From a virus: DNA of 44,200 bases. The number at the start of each line of letters is the position of its first letter. The stretch's first letter is position 1. Under the pieces are notes generated by a model, which worked only from the letters and a program-made list of their open reading frames with translations, was not told the origin of the DNA and did not search any database. Of this stretch, positions 7,710 to 18,195 are shown one piece after another. The translations under genes were made by a program, and so were the position numbers. The stretch is from positions 1 through 44,200 of the IMG/VR virus record IMGVR_UViG_3300045988_113957; one strand, given 5' to 3'.

Positions 7710-8723
7710 ATGGCAGATACTTTTGCTACAAGTTTTGCGGTGCTTAACTATAGCGGTATGCTTTTCAATAAAGGCAATACCCGCACACCGCTTTCATCTA
7801 TCATAGGCTCTCGGGCAAAGACTACCAACCATGTAGAATTTGTCACCGGACAGAGCTACACTTCGGGCGGCGGTACTCAGCCTGCAATTTCTGAAACCGC
7901 CTCACTTACCGCACCTGATGCTACTGTCGTTACCCGCACTCAGCAGACTAACGTCACTCAGATTTTTCAGGAAACCATCGGTATTTCGTATGCCAAACAG
8001 TCTAACATGGGAACGCTCAGCGGCGTAAACATTCAAAATCAGAGCGCAAATCCGCTTAACGAACTCGACTTCCAGGTTGCGGCAAGAATGCAGAAAATTG
8101 CGGCGGATATTGAAGCAACGTTTGTTGCGGGTGCTTACAGCAAGGCAACTACCGATGCAACCATAAACAAAACCCGTGGTCTTACCACCGCAATCACCAC
8201 CAACGTAACGGCAATGTCAAATAAGCCCCTCGGTCTTTGGGACGTTGCCGATATGGTGAAAAAGATTTACGGACAGAATGCACCGACTAACGGTCTTGTT
8301 CTGTGGTGTGATGCAACCACCATGTTCCAGCTCAATGCCGATGCAGTACAGAACGGTCTTACCGTCGTTCCCGCCGCAAGGGAAGTTAACGGCATTCAGC
8401 TTTCAAGCGTCGTAACCCCGCTCGGCGTTGTTTATCTGTATCTCGGCGAATACCTGCCCGCAGGTACTGCGCTCTTGCTGAATCTTGACGTGATTGCGCC
8501 CGTATTCCAGCCTGTACCCGGCAAGGGCAACTTCTTCCTTGAACAGCTTGCAAAGACAGGCGCAGGCGAAAAGTATCAGATTTTCGGACAGGTCGGTCTT
8601 GACCATGGTCCGGAATGGTATCACGGCAAGTGGACTGGTATCGCAACCACCTTCACCAAGCCCGAATACAGCAGGACTGTTTACGTTGCAGGCGGCAATA
8701 TCACCACCACTACGTCGGCTTAA
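7710..8723 (+). CDS. Major capsid protein
   Basis: 337 aa; RBS AGGAG; position directly after the scaffold gene; composition and length fit an HK97-fold capsid protein. Confidence 0.7.
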   Translation: MADTFATSFAVLNYSGMLFNKGNTRTPLSSIIGSRAKTTNHVEFVTGQSYTSGGGTQPAISETASLTAPDATVVTRTQQTNVTQIFQETIGISYAKQSNMGTLSGVNIQNQSANPLNELDFQVAARMQKIAADIEATFVAGAYSKATTDATINKTRGLTTAITTNVTAMSNKPLGLWDVADMVKKIYGQNAPTNGLVLWCDATTMFQLNADAVQNGLTVVPAAREVNGIQLSSVVTPLGVVYLYLGEYLPAGTALLLNLDVIAPVFQPVPGKGNFFLEQLAKTGAGEKYQIFGQVGLDHGPEWYHGKWTGIATTFTKPEYSRTVYVAGGNITTTTSA

Positions 8724-8748
8724 GTAATCTCAAGGCAGGAGGCAAGAT

Positions 8749-9066
8749 ATGATGGAACAGCACGAAAAGGAAGCAATGGTAAACGCATTATGCGGAGAAA
8801 CTGACCCTAACCAGCTTTCCGCATACCTTGCCCTTGCCGCTGACAAAATACTGAACAAGCGGTATCCGTTCGGACGTAAAGGGGGCGAAACAGTTCCTTC
8901 AAAGTATGAAACACTGCAATGTCAAATTGCGGCATATCTGCTTAACAAACGTGGCATGGAAGGACAAACAGGACACACCGAAAGCGCAACGACTATGCAG
9001 TTTGAAAGCGGAGATGTGCCTGATTCCATGCTTGACGCAGTAATACCGACAGCGAGGATTTTCTGA
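8749..9066 (+). CDS. Head-tail connector / DNA-packaging protein (gp15-like position)
   Basis: 105 aa; RBS AGGAGG; segment LSAYLALAADKILNKRYPF resembles gp6-like connector proteins. Confidence 0.5.
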   Translation: MMEQHEKEAMVNALCGETDPNQLSAYLALAADKILNKRYPFGRKGGETVPSKYETLQCQIAAYLLNKRGMEGQTGHTESATTMQFESGDVPDSMLDAVIPTARIF

Positions 9067-9416
9067 TGAGACTTGCACAGCGTTTACAGCAGACGGTTTA
9101 CTACTCGATGTATTTAGGACGTAAGCCTGTTGCCGTTGACGGTCTTTACACAGGCGAGTACACCATCGAGTATGCTGACCCTGCACCTATCGGTGCAAGC
9201 GTAACCCCTGCAAAGGGCGGCACGGAAGCGGAAATGTTCGGCTTGAGCGAAGACTATGACAAAATAATCACAGTTGAGGGCGCAAGCTGGGCGTTTAACG
9301 AAGCAACACGGTTCTGGATTGACGCAAAGCCCACAGAACCCGCTGATTATGCCGTTGTGCGTGTTGCACAGTCGAAGAACCTTACTGCCGTTGCCGTACG
9401 AAAGGTGAAGCAGTGA
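9066..9416 (+). CDS. Head closure / head-tail adaptor protein
   Basis: 116 aa; ATGA-type coupling; call rests on synteny. Confidence 0.45.
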   Translation: MRLAQRLQQTVYYSMYLGRKPVAVDGLYTGEYTIEYADPAPIGASVTPAKGGTEAEMFGLSEDYDKIITVEGASWAFNEATRFWIDAKPTEPADYAVVRVAQSKNLTAVAVRKVKQ

Positions 9417-9934
9417 ACATACGGTTCGAATTAAGCAAAGACTCGATAAAAGCGGCAGTAAATGCCTTGAAAGCGTATCAAAAGCGTGTTGAAAAATACG
9501 AACGTGATTTAAGGCTTGCGGTTGCACACAGGCTTGCCGAATACGCTCAACAGCTTGCCGATTCCGCCGAGTACGGTTCGGTTATTGACAACGAAGGCAA
9601 CGTGCATTCGCTTCCGTTCACGTTTGACGTTTCGGTTGCGGATGACGGAAGGCTTGTTGTTGCGCACGGCGATGAGGTTGCGTTTATCGAGTTCGGCGCA
9701 GGTGTGTACTACAACGGAGCTGTCGGAACGTCACCACACCCGAAAGCAGGAAGCCTGACAATCGGCTCATACGGCAAAGGAAAAGGCGCACAGGAAACAT
9801 GGGCATACATGGACGAGAACGGCGAATTTGTTTACACTCACGGTACAATTGCGCAAATGCCAATGTACAAAGCTTTACTGTCTATCGCCCAACAAGTCCC
9901 TCGTATTGCAAAGGAGGTTTCGGAATCATTATGA
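9413..9934 (+). CDS. Neck / tail-joining protein (HK97 gp10-like position)
   Basis: 173 aa; overlapping start; call rests on synteny only. Confidence 0.4.
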   Translation: MNIRFELSKDSIKAAVNALKAYQKRVEKYERDLRLAVAHRLAEYAQQLADSAEYGSVIDNEGNVHSLPFTFDVSVADDGRLVVAHGDEVAFIEFGAGVYYNGAVGTSPHPKAGSLTIGSYGKGKGAQETWAYMDENGEFVYTHGTIAQMPMYKALLSIAQQVPRIAKEVSESL

Positions 9935-10338
9935 TTAACGTTGAATCATGGGTTTATACTCAGATATACAATGCTGTTACGGCAAAGTATCCCGATATAT
10001 CTATCGCAGGGGAGTATGTGCCGTCACCCGCAACCTTCCCGCATGTTTCCGTTGTTTGCGTTTACAACGTCCCCTACCGCAGAGCAAGCACGCTTGAGGA
10101 AGTCGAGAATTGCGCTGAAACGGTTTTTACCGTTGACGTGTACTCTAACTCCACTGACGGCAAGAAAAGCCAATGCTGGGCAATTATGAGCGTTGTGGAC
10201 GATGCTATGAAGGCAATGAACTTTAGCCGTGCCGATTGTTCGCCCCGAACCGTTCCGAATCTGGAAACCGACATTTACAGACTGAACGCACGTTACCGTG
10301 CAATAATATCAAACAAAAACGAAATCTTTAGGGGGTAA
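9931..10338 (+). CDS. Tail completion / terminator protein
   Basis: ATGA overlap at 9931; 135 aa; synteny places it before the major tail protein. The upstream part of the ORF-track frame (9799..) was rejected. Confidence 0.4.
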   Translation: MINVESWVYTQIYNAVTAKYPDISIAGEYVPSPATFPHVSVVCVYNVPYRRASTLEEVENCAETVFTVDVYSNSTDGKKSQCWAIMSVVDDAMKAMNFSRADCSPRTVPNLETDIYRLNARYRAIISNKNEIFRG

Positions 10339-10343
10339 TTTAT

Positions 10344-10823
10344 ATGCCTATTGAATGTACCACTGTCGGCATGAAATTCGCTTATTGCGTTGAGACTACC
10401 GCAGGTACCAGACCCACCACAGGCTTTACCGTGCTTAACGGCATTGTGTCTGTCGGCGCAATTACTATAACCCAGAATCCTTTGCAGGTGGTTCTTCCTG
10501 CCGAAAAGAAATATCGCTACCTTAAGGGCAAGGACGATATAAGCGGTGAGGTTGACGTTGTTATGTACAACGAGGATTCATACCTGACAGGTTGGGAAAC
10601 CATGCGCACCGCCGCTGAAACCGCAAGAGCAAGCGGAAAAAGCACATGGTTTGTATTCCTGCCTGACGGCAACCACAAAGCGTTTGCGTTCACCGCTTCG
10701 CCCGGCGTTCTTGGCTCTGGCGGTCTGTCCGACAACATGATTTACGAAGTTAACACTTCGCTGACCGTTGAAGACGTGGGCGGCTATGTCGAAAAGCCCA
10801 CAGTTAAAGCTAATTCCGACTAA
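10344..10823 (+). CDS. Major tail protein
   Basis: 159 aa, located immediately before the chaperone pair and the tape measure. Confidence 0.6.
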   Translation: MPIECTTVGMKFAYCVETTAGTRPTTGFTVLNGIVSVGAITITQNPLQVVLPAEKKYRYLKGKDDISGEVDVVMYNEDSYLTGWETMRTAAETARASGKSTWFVFLPDGNHKAFAFTASPGVLGSGGLSDNMIYEVNTSLTVEDVGGYVEKPTVKANSD

Positions 10824-10839
10824 TCAGAGGTAATACAAC

Positions 10840-11193
10840 ATGGAAAACAAGACTAATCTTCCCAAAACTCTGACCTTCACCTTTGAAGGCAGGGATTACA
10901 CGCTTGAGTTCACCGCTCGCACTTGCGAAATTGCATACACCAAGTATGACCTTCGCATTGAAGACGGTGCTTCCGCTATTTTCAGACTGCCCACACTGTT
11001 TAAGTGCGCATTGCTGAAAAACCATGCAGACATTTCGAATGCGCTTGTTGAGCGTATGCTTGACGCACTCGGCAACAAAGCCGAACTTGCGGGCAAACTT
11101 GCAGAAATGTATCTTGCACCCGCAATGTCGCTTGTTGAGGAAAGCAAGGACGAAGAAGAGGGAAACGGAATCAGCTGGAACGCAAGTTTCTAA
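10840..11193 (+). CDS. Tail assembly chaperone (G-like, unshifted product)
   Basis: 117 aa with an acidic C-terminus, directly upstream of the tape measure. Confidence 0.7.
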   Translation: MENKTNLPKTLTFTFEGRDYTLEFTARTCEIAYTKYDLRIEDGASAIFRLPTLFKCALLKNHADISNALVERMLDALGNKAELAGKLAEMYLAPAMSLVEESKDEEEGNGISWNASF

Positions 11194-11639
11194 GTTTTTC
11201 CGATTCTGACACAGACGGGGGTGAAAAAACCGTCCCATGGAACATACAACTTGTTCGTGAAACTTTTCCGTATCTTCTCTCTATCGGAATGACGGCGGAG
11301 CAGTACTGGGATGGCGATTTTACCCTCGTTTCGTCATATTTGGAAGGACATAAGCTTGCGCTTCAGCGTAAATACGAAAATGATAACTGGAACGCATGGC
11401 TGCATGGTCGGTACACCTATGAGGCACTGGGTGTTGCGCTGTCAGGAATCTTCTCCAAGCACAGCAGCGCAAAATACCCCGATAAACCGTACGAAATGCA
11501 AAACGATGAACGCAAAGAAAAATGCAAGCCCAAGCCCAAAGATAAAACGGAGTTTTACAAAAGCTGGGATGAACTTGCAGAGCAATACGAAGGAAAGGAG
11601 GACATGTCTTGTCTGTATCGATTGATGAACTTATCATAG
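10840..11639 (+). CDS. Tail assembly chaperone, -1 frameshift fusion product (GT-like)
   Basis: The -1 frame is open from 11139 to 11639. The heptamer G GGA AAC at 11160-11166 lies in the zero frame 27 nt before the stop. Confidence 0.65.
11160..11166 (+). promoter_or_regulatory. Programmed -1 ribosomal frameshift slippery heptamer GGGAAAC
   Basis: X XXY YYZ pattern in phase with the 10840 frame (gaG GGA AAC); compare lambda G/GT GGGAAAG. Confidence 0.65.
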
Positions 11640-14600
11640 GCATAGATTCTGACGCTTCGAAAGCGTTACAAGGCTTAAAATCGATGGTGGATACGCTCAA
11701 TCAAGTATCCGCACCGACAGAAACGGCGGTTAAATCGCTGAAAAAGCTAAAGAAAGTGCTTGAAGCGATAAACGGATTAAGCGTTAACGTCAAAGGGCTT
11801 TCAGAGCTTACGAACGCACTCAAAGAGATGTCGGAGTTTGATATTTCTAACCTTAAAAAACTTCCGAATGCGTTAAAAAAACTGTCTGAGGTTGACATTG
11901 CTTCACTTGTTCCGCAAATTCAGGCACTCGCTGACGCTATGAGACCGCTGTCGCAAGTCATGAAAGATATTGCGGCGGGGTATGCGGCACTGCCAAAGAA
12001 CATACGGGCTTACGTTAATGCCGCCAATAGTGCGCAATCAGCAACACAGAAGAAACTGCTCACGTTTGCGCAATTGTACATTAAACTGCGCTTGATTTTC
12101 AATGTGTTCCGCACCGCAGTAAACGCCGTCTCTGAGTGGGTTGACGCTGCGAACACCTACATTGAGGACATGAACCTGTTCAGCGTTGCAATGGGGAAGT
12201 ACGCTGAATCAGCACGGAATTATGCGCAAGAAGTTGCAAACGTAATGGGCATTGACCCGGGCGCATGGATGAGGTATCAGGGCGTATTCCAAACCCTTGC
12301 AACAGGCTTCGGTGTTGCGGGCGACCGTGCCGCTGTAATGAGCCAACAGCTCACACAGTTGGGCTACGACATATCCTCGTTCTATAACATTGACGTTGAA
12401 GCTGCAATGCTGAAACTGCAAAGCGGCTTGAGCGGTGAACTTGAACCGTTGCGCCGTATAGGTTATGACCTGTCGCAAGCAAGACTTGAAGCTGAGGCGC
12501 TGTCACTGGGTATTGAAAAGAATTTCAGCGATATGACGCAAGCCGAAAAGGCATACTTGCGTTATTACGCTATCCTTACACAGGTTACTCAAGCACAGGG
12601 CGATATGTCACGCACACTTGACGCTCCGTCAAATCAGCTCCGAATACTGAAAGAGCAAGCGGCACAGGCGGCTCGTGCGCTCGGCGAAATCTTCATTCCC
12701 GCATTGAACGCAATCCTGCCGTATGCAATTGCCGTTATGCACGTTATTCGCGACCTCGCTTCCGAAATTGCGGCGGCTTTCGGGTTCGAAATGCCCAAGG
12801 TTGATTACTCCGACCTGTCAACATCGGTTAGCATAACCGACAATCTTTCTGACGGAATGGAAGACGTTGCGGACGGAATCGACCATGCAAACACATCGGC
12901 GAAGAAATTCTCCCGCACACTTGCAGGGTTTGACCAATTAAACATTGTCGGCAGTGTGTCAGGCGGTGGAGCAGGCGGCGGCGGTGCAAGCATCGACACT
13001 TCCGGCGGCGGGTTCGACTGGAACAAGTTGCCGCTTCCGACCTATGATTTTATCGGAGATTCCGTATCCGAAAGGGTTGCGGCGATTGAAGAAAAAATCA
13101 AAGGCGCAATTCCGACAATAAAGTTTTTCGGAACATTGCTTGCAGGCGCACTTGCTACTGTCGGCATAATTAAGCTAATCAGTAAATTTAAAGAATTTAT
13201 CAAACTGCTTAAAACTTCCTCAACGGCGGCAAAAACGCTTAAAACGGCTCTCGGCATCGGGTTGATGGTTACGGGCTTAACTATGGCTTTTGAGGGTGCG
13301 AAAAAAATCGGCGCAGGCGAAGCCGAATTAAAGGACTACATCAAAACGGCTATCGGCTCGGCACTCGGAATTGCGGGCGGTTTGCTCATTTTCGGTACTG
13401 GACCCGTTGGTTGGACAATCGGAATCCTTGCGGCACTCACCGTTGTTATAGCAGGTATTGCGATAGGCGCAAAAGAGAAGCTTGATAAACAGGTTGCCGA
13501 ATGGTTCTTTACGGCAGGTGACAACACAATTTCGGTTGATATGCTTGCCGACAGCTTCGATAAAGCCCTTTCGAACATTAACGGCGTGAATGGCGCACTC
13601 GACAGCGGCATTAAGAAGTACAAAGAGTACTCCGACAATGTCGATACAACCCGAACCGAGCTTGAGAACCTTATAGGCGACTTGCAGGTTGTTTCGCCCG
13701 ATGACCCCGAAGTCGCAACCCTTGTTGACAACATTATTGCTAAGTTTAACGAACTGCTTGATTACAGCCGCCTTGAGCTTAAGGAAATAGGCATGAACAT
13801 CAAGCGTTCCCTTGCAGGCTCAATGGGTGAAGTCGTTGCGGCAATGGGCGGTGACGTTACAACCTACATGGCACTTGTTGACGAAATGGTCAACGGCGGT
13901 GTGGAATCGTTCGAAGACATTACGCAACAAATCGAAGAGCTGAGTGTACAGTATAAAGCTGGAACAATCAGCCTTGATGAGTTTTCGCAACAGTCTTCCG
14001 CATTGTACAGTAAGTTACAAACGCTTGTGGGCGATGGCAGCGGCAAGATACTGAACCCGCTTTCCTCTGCCGAAGCTTTGTATGGCAGTATAGATTGGGA
14101 AAACAAAGACCAAATCACAGGCTTCTTTGAACATATCACCGAATCAATCGGCGAATCCAAAGCACTTGCGGAGCAGGAACTTAAGGATTACAATGCAATG
14201 CTTGACGACCTCATGCCTTTCGCAAGCACCCCCGACCAGGTTAATGCCATTAAGGGGCTTAGAACGGCGGCGAACGAAGCTTACCAGAACAGGCTCACGC
14301 AGATAGGCGATGAAACCACAGGCTTAGGCGCGCTCATTGAAGAAGACATAATCCGAAAATATCAGGAAATGGTCACTGCTGCGTGGCAAAACACGGAGGG
14401 CGATTATAGGTTTAAAGCAATTGCGGTCAAGAACGCCGCAAAGAGCTTCAACGACCAGTTTGGCAAACCGTTTCTTGAGGAACTTGAAAAACTCTACGGC
14501 AAAGAGTTTGACGAGGATAACCCCTTGAGGAAAATGCTCGAACACGTTATAAGCCCCGCTGAAATCAATCTCAATACGGACAACCTTTTAACGTGGCTTA

Positions 14601-15334
14601 ACGACGAGTACATCACTCCCGCACTCGGAAGAGCTACATCGCGTGTAACGGAATGGCGAAACGGTGATTTTATTGATGCACTTGCAGCGGCGGACGAAGC
14701 TGGCGCAATTGAGTTCAACGAGTTATTCAATGAACATTACATCAACCCTGCACTCACCAACGCCACAGAGCGTGTACAACGTTGGAAACGCAAGGATTTT
14801 CGTGACGAAATTGCAAGCATTGACGAATTTGTTGCAGGGGACGCAAGAGCGGCAGGAACAACCATAGGTACAGAAGTTGCCAACGGCTTGTCGAGCGGGC
14901 TTGAAACGGCAACAGAAGCGTTTAACAAGTGGTTCAACGCACTGTCGCCGAGAGTGAGATACATCATGGGCGTACTCGTAGGAGCGGGAGGCGGCAGCTT
15001 GTCACTTCCTGGCATGAACATTCCCGCATACGCAAGCGGCGGGTTCGTTCCGAAAGGCGACTTGTTCCTTGCTAATGAAAACGCTCCCGAATTTGTCGGC
15101 AACATCGGCAACAGAACGGCTGTCGCAAACAACAACCAAATCGTTCAGGGCATTGCAAGCGGCGTACAACACGCAAACGCCGAACAGAACATGCTGCTAA
15201 GGGAAGTGCGTGATTATCTCCGTGCTTTACTGAACGTCCAAGGCGACAATACTATTGTGTTTGCGCCTTCCGTTGAGGCGGGACGCGTTGTGTCACGTTC
15301 GCTTAAAATGTATGAACAATCGAAAGGATATTAA
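11609..15334 (+). CDS. Tail tape measure protein
   Basis: 1,241 aa; TTG start 8 nt after AAGGAAAGGAGG; TP901-type core-like region MNLFSVAMGKYAESARNYAQEVANVMGIDPGAW; hydrophobic central block and a Gly run. Confidence 0.85.
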   Translation: MSVSIDELIIGIDSDASKALQGLKSMVDTLNQVSAPTETAVKSLKKLKKVLEAINGLSVNVKGLSELTNALKEMSEFDISNLKKLPNALKKLSEVDIASLVPQIQALADAMRPLSQVMKDIAAGYAALPKNIRAYVNAANSAQSATQKKLLTFAQLYIKLRLIFNVFRTAVNAVSEWVDAANTYIEDMNLFSVAMGKYAESARNYAQEVANVMGIDPGAWMRYQGVFQTLATGFGVAGDRAAVMSQQLTQLGYDISSFYNIDVEAAMLKLQSGLSGELEPLRRIGYDLSQARLEAEALSLGIEKNFSDMTQAEKAYLRYYAILTQVTQAQGDMSRTLDAPSNQLRILKEQAAQAARALGEIFIPALNAILPYAIAVMHVIRDLASEIAAAFGFEMPKVDYSDLSTSVSITDNLSDGMEDVADGIDHANTSAKKFSRTLAGFDQLNIVGSVSGGGAGGGGASIDTSGGGFDWNKLPLPTYDFIGDSVSERVAAIEEKIKGAIPTIKFFGTLLAGALATVGIIKLISKFKEFIKLLKTSSTAAKTLKTALGIGLMVTGLTMAFEGAKKIGAGEAELKDYIKTAIGSALGIAGGLLIFGTGPVGWTIGILAALTVVIAGIAIGAKEKLDKQVAEWFFTAGDNTISVDMLADSFDKALSNINGVNGALDSGIKKYKEYSDNVDTTRTELENLIGDLQVVSPDDPEVATLVDNIIAKFNELLDYSRLELKEIGMNIKRSLAGSMGEVVAAMGGDVTTYMALVDEMVNGGVESFEDITQQIEELSVQYKAGTISLDEFSQQSSALYSKLQTLVGDGSGKILNPLSSAEALYGSIDWENKDQITGFFEHITESIGESKALAEQELKDYNAMLDDLMPFASTPDQVNAIKGLRTAANEAYQNRLTQIGDETTGLGALIEEDIIRKYQEMVTAAWQNTEGDYRFKAIAVKNAAKSFNDQFGKPFLEELEKLYGKEFDEDNPLRKMLEHVISPAEINLNTDNLLTWLNDEYITPALGRATSRVTEWRNGDFIDALAAADEAGAIEFNELFNEHYINPALTNATERVQRWKRKDFRDEIASIDEFVAGDARAAGTTIGTEVANGLSSGLETATEAFNKWFNALSPRVRYIMGVLVGAGGGSLSLPGMNIPAYASGGFVPKGDLFLANENAPEFVGNIGNRTAVANNNQIVQGIASGVQHANAEQNMLLREVRDYLRALLNVQGDNTIVFAPSVEAGRVVSRSLKMYEQSKGY

Positions 15335-15335
15335 A

Positions 15336-15740
15336 ATGCCAAGGCTTGATGATTTGTATGAAAATTACAGCATGGGCTTCGAAGTGGACGGGGTTCCGAT
15401 ACCGAACCCCTCCGCTCACGGCGGCTCAATTAACGAACTCGACAGCGGAGCGGCGAATGTCGGACGTGACTTGACGGGAACAATGCACAGAGCGTACATT
15501 GCCACTAAAACCCCGTTTTGGCTTGAGTATTCCTACATTCTCTTTCCGAAAGCTCACGAAATAATCGCACTTTGCAGTAAACCGAGTTTTACAGTGCGTT
15601 ATAAAAGCTTGCTGACGGGTAAATTTGAGGAAATTGTGGCATATAAAGGCGCAAATTTGACATATACCGTTCCCGACTGTTTGGACGGAGACTGGGACAG
15701 TGCCAAAGTCTCTTTCAAAATTGAATTTATTGAGTATTAG
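15336..15740 (+). CDS. Distal tail protein-like (small)
   Basis: 134 aa; the ATG lies 2 nt after the tape measure stop; call rests on synteny. Confidence 0.45.
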   Translation: MPRLDDLYENYSMGFEVDGVPIPNPSAHGGSINELDSGAANVGRDLTGTMHRAYIATKTPFWLEYSYILFPKAHEIIALCSKPSFTVRYKSLLTGKFEEIVAYKGANLTYTVPDCLDGDWDSAKVSFKIEFIEY

Positions 15741-15748
15741 GAGCAACC

Positions 15749-17338
15749 ATGATTACAGCGACTAACCAATTTCACGAAGCAATTCGGCAAAGAAACCCTC
15801 GGGAACGTATCTTATGCCTGTTCTCAAACCCGCTTTACGGTGAAGTGCCGTCACTCGTTTCTACGATGATGGCATGGACGGACGAAGACATTTCGGCGCA
15901 AGGCGTGAACATTACCGAAACAATGTGCGCTGATGATGAACTGCACATTGGCGAAACAAACTCCGCAACGATAAGCCTTACGCTAATCAACCGTGACCAA
16001 CTGTTAACCAACTACATGGTCAGCGGTGCGTACGCAAACGACTGTACCGTGTACATGGGCGTTGAAACGCTCTCACGCAACGTACAGCCGCCTCAGGGTG
16101 CGTTATGCTATGCTTATATGGGTTACACTCCGTTCACGACAGGAACGCTTATAGAGGGCTACAGCACCGCTCCGTATTTGCGTATAGAGGGCGAAGGTGC
16201 GCCTTTACAGCCTCCGTTTGCCGTGTATTCGGTATTCATCGATGAAGACTACACCGACACAGGCGCAAAGATAACGTGCATCGGCGCAAATGAAGGCGAA
16301 GTATGGGCTTGCACATGGGACTACGGTTCATCATGGGCGCAAATGGGGCTGTTCACATGGGGAGAGTTATCGTCTCAAACATGGGGAAGCTTTAGCGGCA
16401 AGTTTGGCGGATGGGAAGGTTTGTCCCTCAGCACATTCATGGGCAAAAAGCTCCAACGTCTTGCGCTGAAACATCTCAGCTTTGCACGGCGGGGAACAAC
16501 ACTGATTGAGTACAACATGCGTGGCACGGCTTCACATTTCGAATACCGTTCGTGCGGTGTATTCCGTTTCGACAGACCGAGACTACTGAATGCCGAAACA
16601 ATTAAACTCAACAGTTTTGATAAGCTTGAAAAAAGTGACAAAAAGGTGTATAATTTCCTTGAAGGGCTGACTTATCCGATTACGTTAGGTTCGCTGTACA
16701 CACAGCTTTGTGCCGAAGTCGGATTAACCCCTGCCGAAACGACATTCACGAACTCCACATATGCCATTTCGGCTAAGCCCGAATGGCATGAGGATATAAC
16801 CTCAAACGAGGTCTTCCGTGACATTGCCGAACTCGCATGTGCTAACGTGCGCATGACCCGTGACGGAAAACTGTCTCTCGGATGGTTCACGGCGGAAAAC
16901 TACTCCTTGCCGCAGAGTATGCTTTTCTCGACAGAAATATACGATTTTGAAGTAAAAAGAATTGACAAACTCGTTGTTGAGTTCGACCGTGAAAGCACAG
17001 GCACTACCTCAAAGGGCATTGAAAGAGTGACGTTGACCGTGGGAACTGGCAATAACGCTTATTATATCCGCAACAACCCGCTGATTATGGGGACGGACAC
17101 TGTTGTTAAGAAGATGATGAATGCTATCCTTTCAAAGCTTAAGTCTTTTTCGGAGTACAATCCTGCAATAATAACAGCTGTTTCCGACTGGACGGTTGAA
17201 GCGGGCGACATAATAGACATACAAGCACACGGAAAAAACTTTTCGTTGCCGATTTTTAGGCAAGCGATAACCTACGGCGGAATTGCCGTTGCGACTTACT
17301 CAAACGACGGTGAAGAAAACAGAAAGGCGACAGACTAA
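15749..17338 (+). CDS. Tail-associated / baseplate hub (Tal-like) protein
   Basis: 529 aa, following the Dit-like gene. Confidence 0.5.
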   Translation: MITATNQFHEAIRQRNPRERILCLFSNPLYGEVPSLVSTMMAWTDEDISAQGVNITETMCADDELHIGETNSATISLTLINRDQLLTNYMVSGAYANDCTVYMGVETLSRNVQPPQGALCYAYMGYTPFTTGTLIEGYSTAPYLRIEGEGAPLQPPFAVYSVFIDEDYTDTGAKITCIGANEGEVWACTWDYGSSWAQMGLFTWGELSSQTWGSFSGKFGGWEGLSLSTFMGKKLQRLALKHLSFARRGTTLIEYNMRGTASHFEYRSCGVFRFDRPRLLNAETIKLNSFDKLEKSDKKVYNFLEGLTYPITLGSLYTQLCAEVGLTPAETTFTNSTYAISAKPEWHEDITSNEVFRDIAELACANVRMTRDGKLSLGWFTAENYSLPQSMLFSTEIYDFEVKRIDKLVVEFDRESTGTTSKGIERVTLTVGTGNNAYYIRNNPLIMGTDTVVKKMMNAILSKLKSFSEYNPAIITAVSDWTVEAGDIIDIQAHGKNFSLPIFRQAITYGGIAVATYSNDGEENRKATD

Positions 17339-18186
17339 TGGCTACTACCACTCCTAATCACGGCTTCACAAAGCCCGCTGCAACCGACAATGTAAACATT
17401 GCGGTACTAAACTCAAACATGGATAAGCTTGATGGCTTGTTTGATGCAAAAGAGATAACCATGCTCAATTATGCGCTTGCGGCGGCTTCGGCGGCAATCA
17501 ACAAAAACGACACCGTAAACTCTGCAATCGGCAAGCTCGAAAAAAGGCTTGCAACCGTGGAGGCAGACACGGGCAACCCCGAAGCACTTTCCGCTTCAAA
17601 CATTGCGGCGGACTACACCGCAAACTTGGTTGCGCCTGCCGACATAACAGAGAATGATACTATCCTCCAAGTACTGCAAAAACTCATGGCGTACATACGG
17701 TTCTGGACTGTACGCCGCATTGCGGTTGTTGATGGCAGAGCAGGCAAGACGCTTACGGCATACGGCTTTGACGATGTTGCAACGGCTACTGTCTCTATCC
17801 CCGCAAAACTGTCGGATTTAACCGTAACCGAACCTCTTGCAATTGCAAACGGAGGTACGGGTGCTGCAACCGCTAATGTTGCCGCAAGTGCGCTCGGAAC
17901 GTGCTATGCTACTTGCGATGCAGCGGCAAGAATTGTAGCTAAAACGGCAACCCTGTTGGGCAAAAACACACCATACAACCGTTTTGCGGGTTCAGTTGCG
18001 TATGTGCTTTTTGTAAACGGCAACACGGCGGCAAACCCCACTCTTGATGTGGCTGGCACAGGGGCGGCGGCAATTATCAACTGTCACACAAATGCGGCTG
18101 TTTCGGCAGCGGATATAGGCGTAAACATGACGGCGCATTTAGTGTTTAACGGTTCGAGCTGGGTTCTGATAAATCCTGCATCTTAA
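17338..18186 (+). CDS. Tail fibre / receptor-binding protein
   Basis: N-terminal TPNHGFTKPAATDNVNIAVLNSNMDKLD and the internal IANGGTGAATA motif are typical of Firmicute phage fibres. Confidence 0.6.
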   Translation: MATTTPNHGFTKPAATDNVNIAVLNSNMDKLDGLFDAKEITMLNYALAAASAAINKNDTVNSAIGKLEKRLATVEADTGNPEALSASNIAADYTANLVAPADITENDTILQVLQKLMAYIRFWTVRRIAVVDGRAGKTLTAYGFDDVATATVSIPAKLSDLTVTEPLAIANGGTGAATANVAASALGTCYATCDAAARIVAKTATLLGKNTPYNRFAGSVAYVLFVNGNTAANPTLDVAGTGAAAIINCHTNAAVSAADIGVNMTAHLVFNGSSWVLINPAS

Positions 18187-18195
18187 GGAGGCAAC

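Noticed and set aside
11289-11639. Independent 116-aa ORF between the chaperone and the tape measure
   Set aside because: There is no RBS at 11289. The frame is open back to 11139 and is entered from the chaperone frame at a canonical slippery heptamer. It is interpreted as the frameshift extension.
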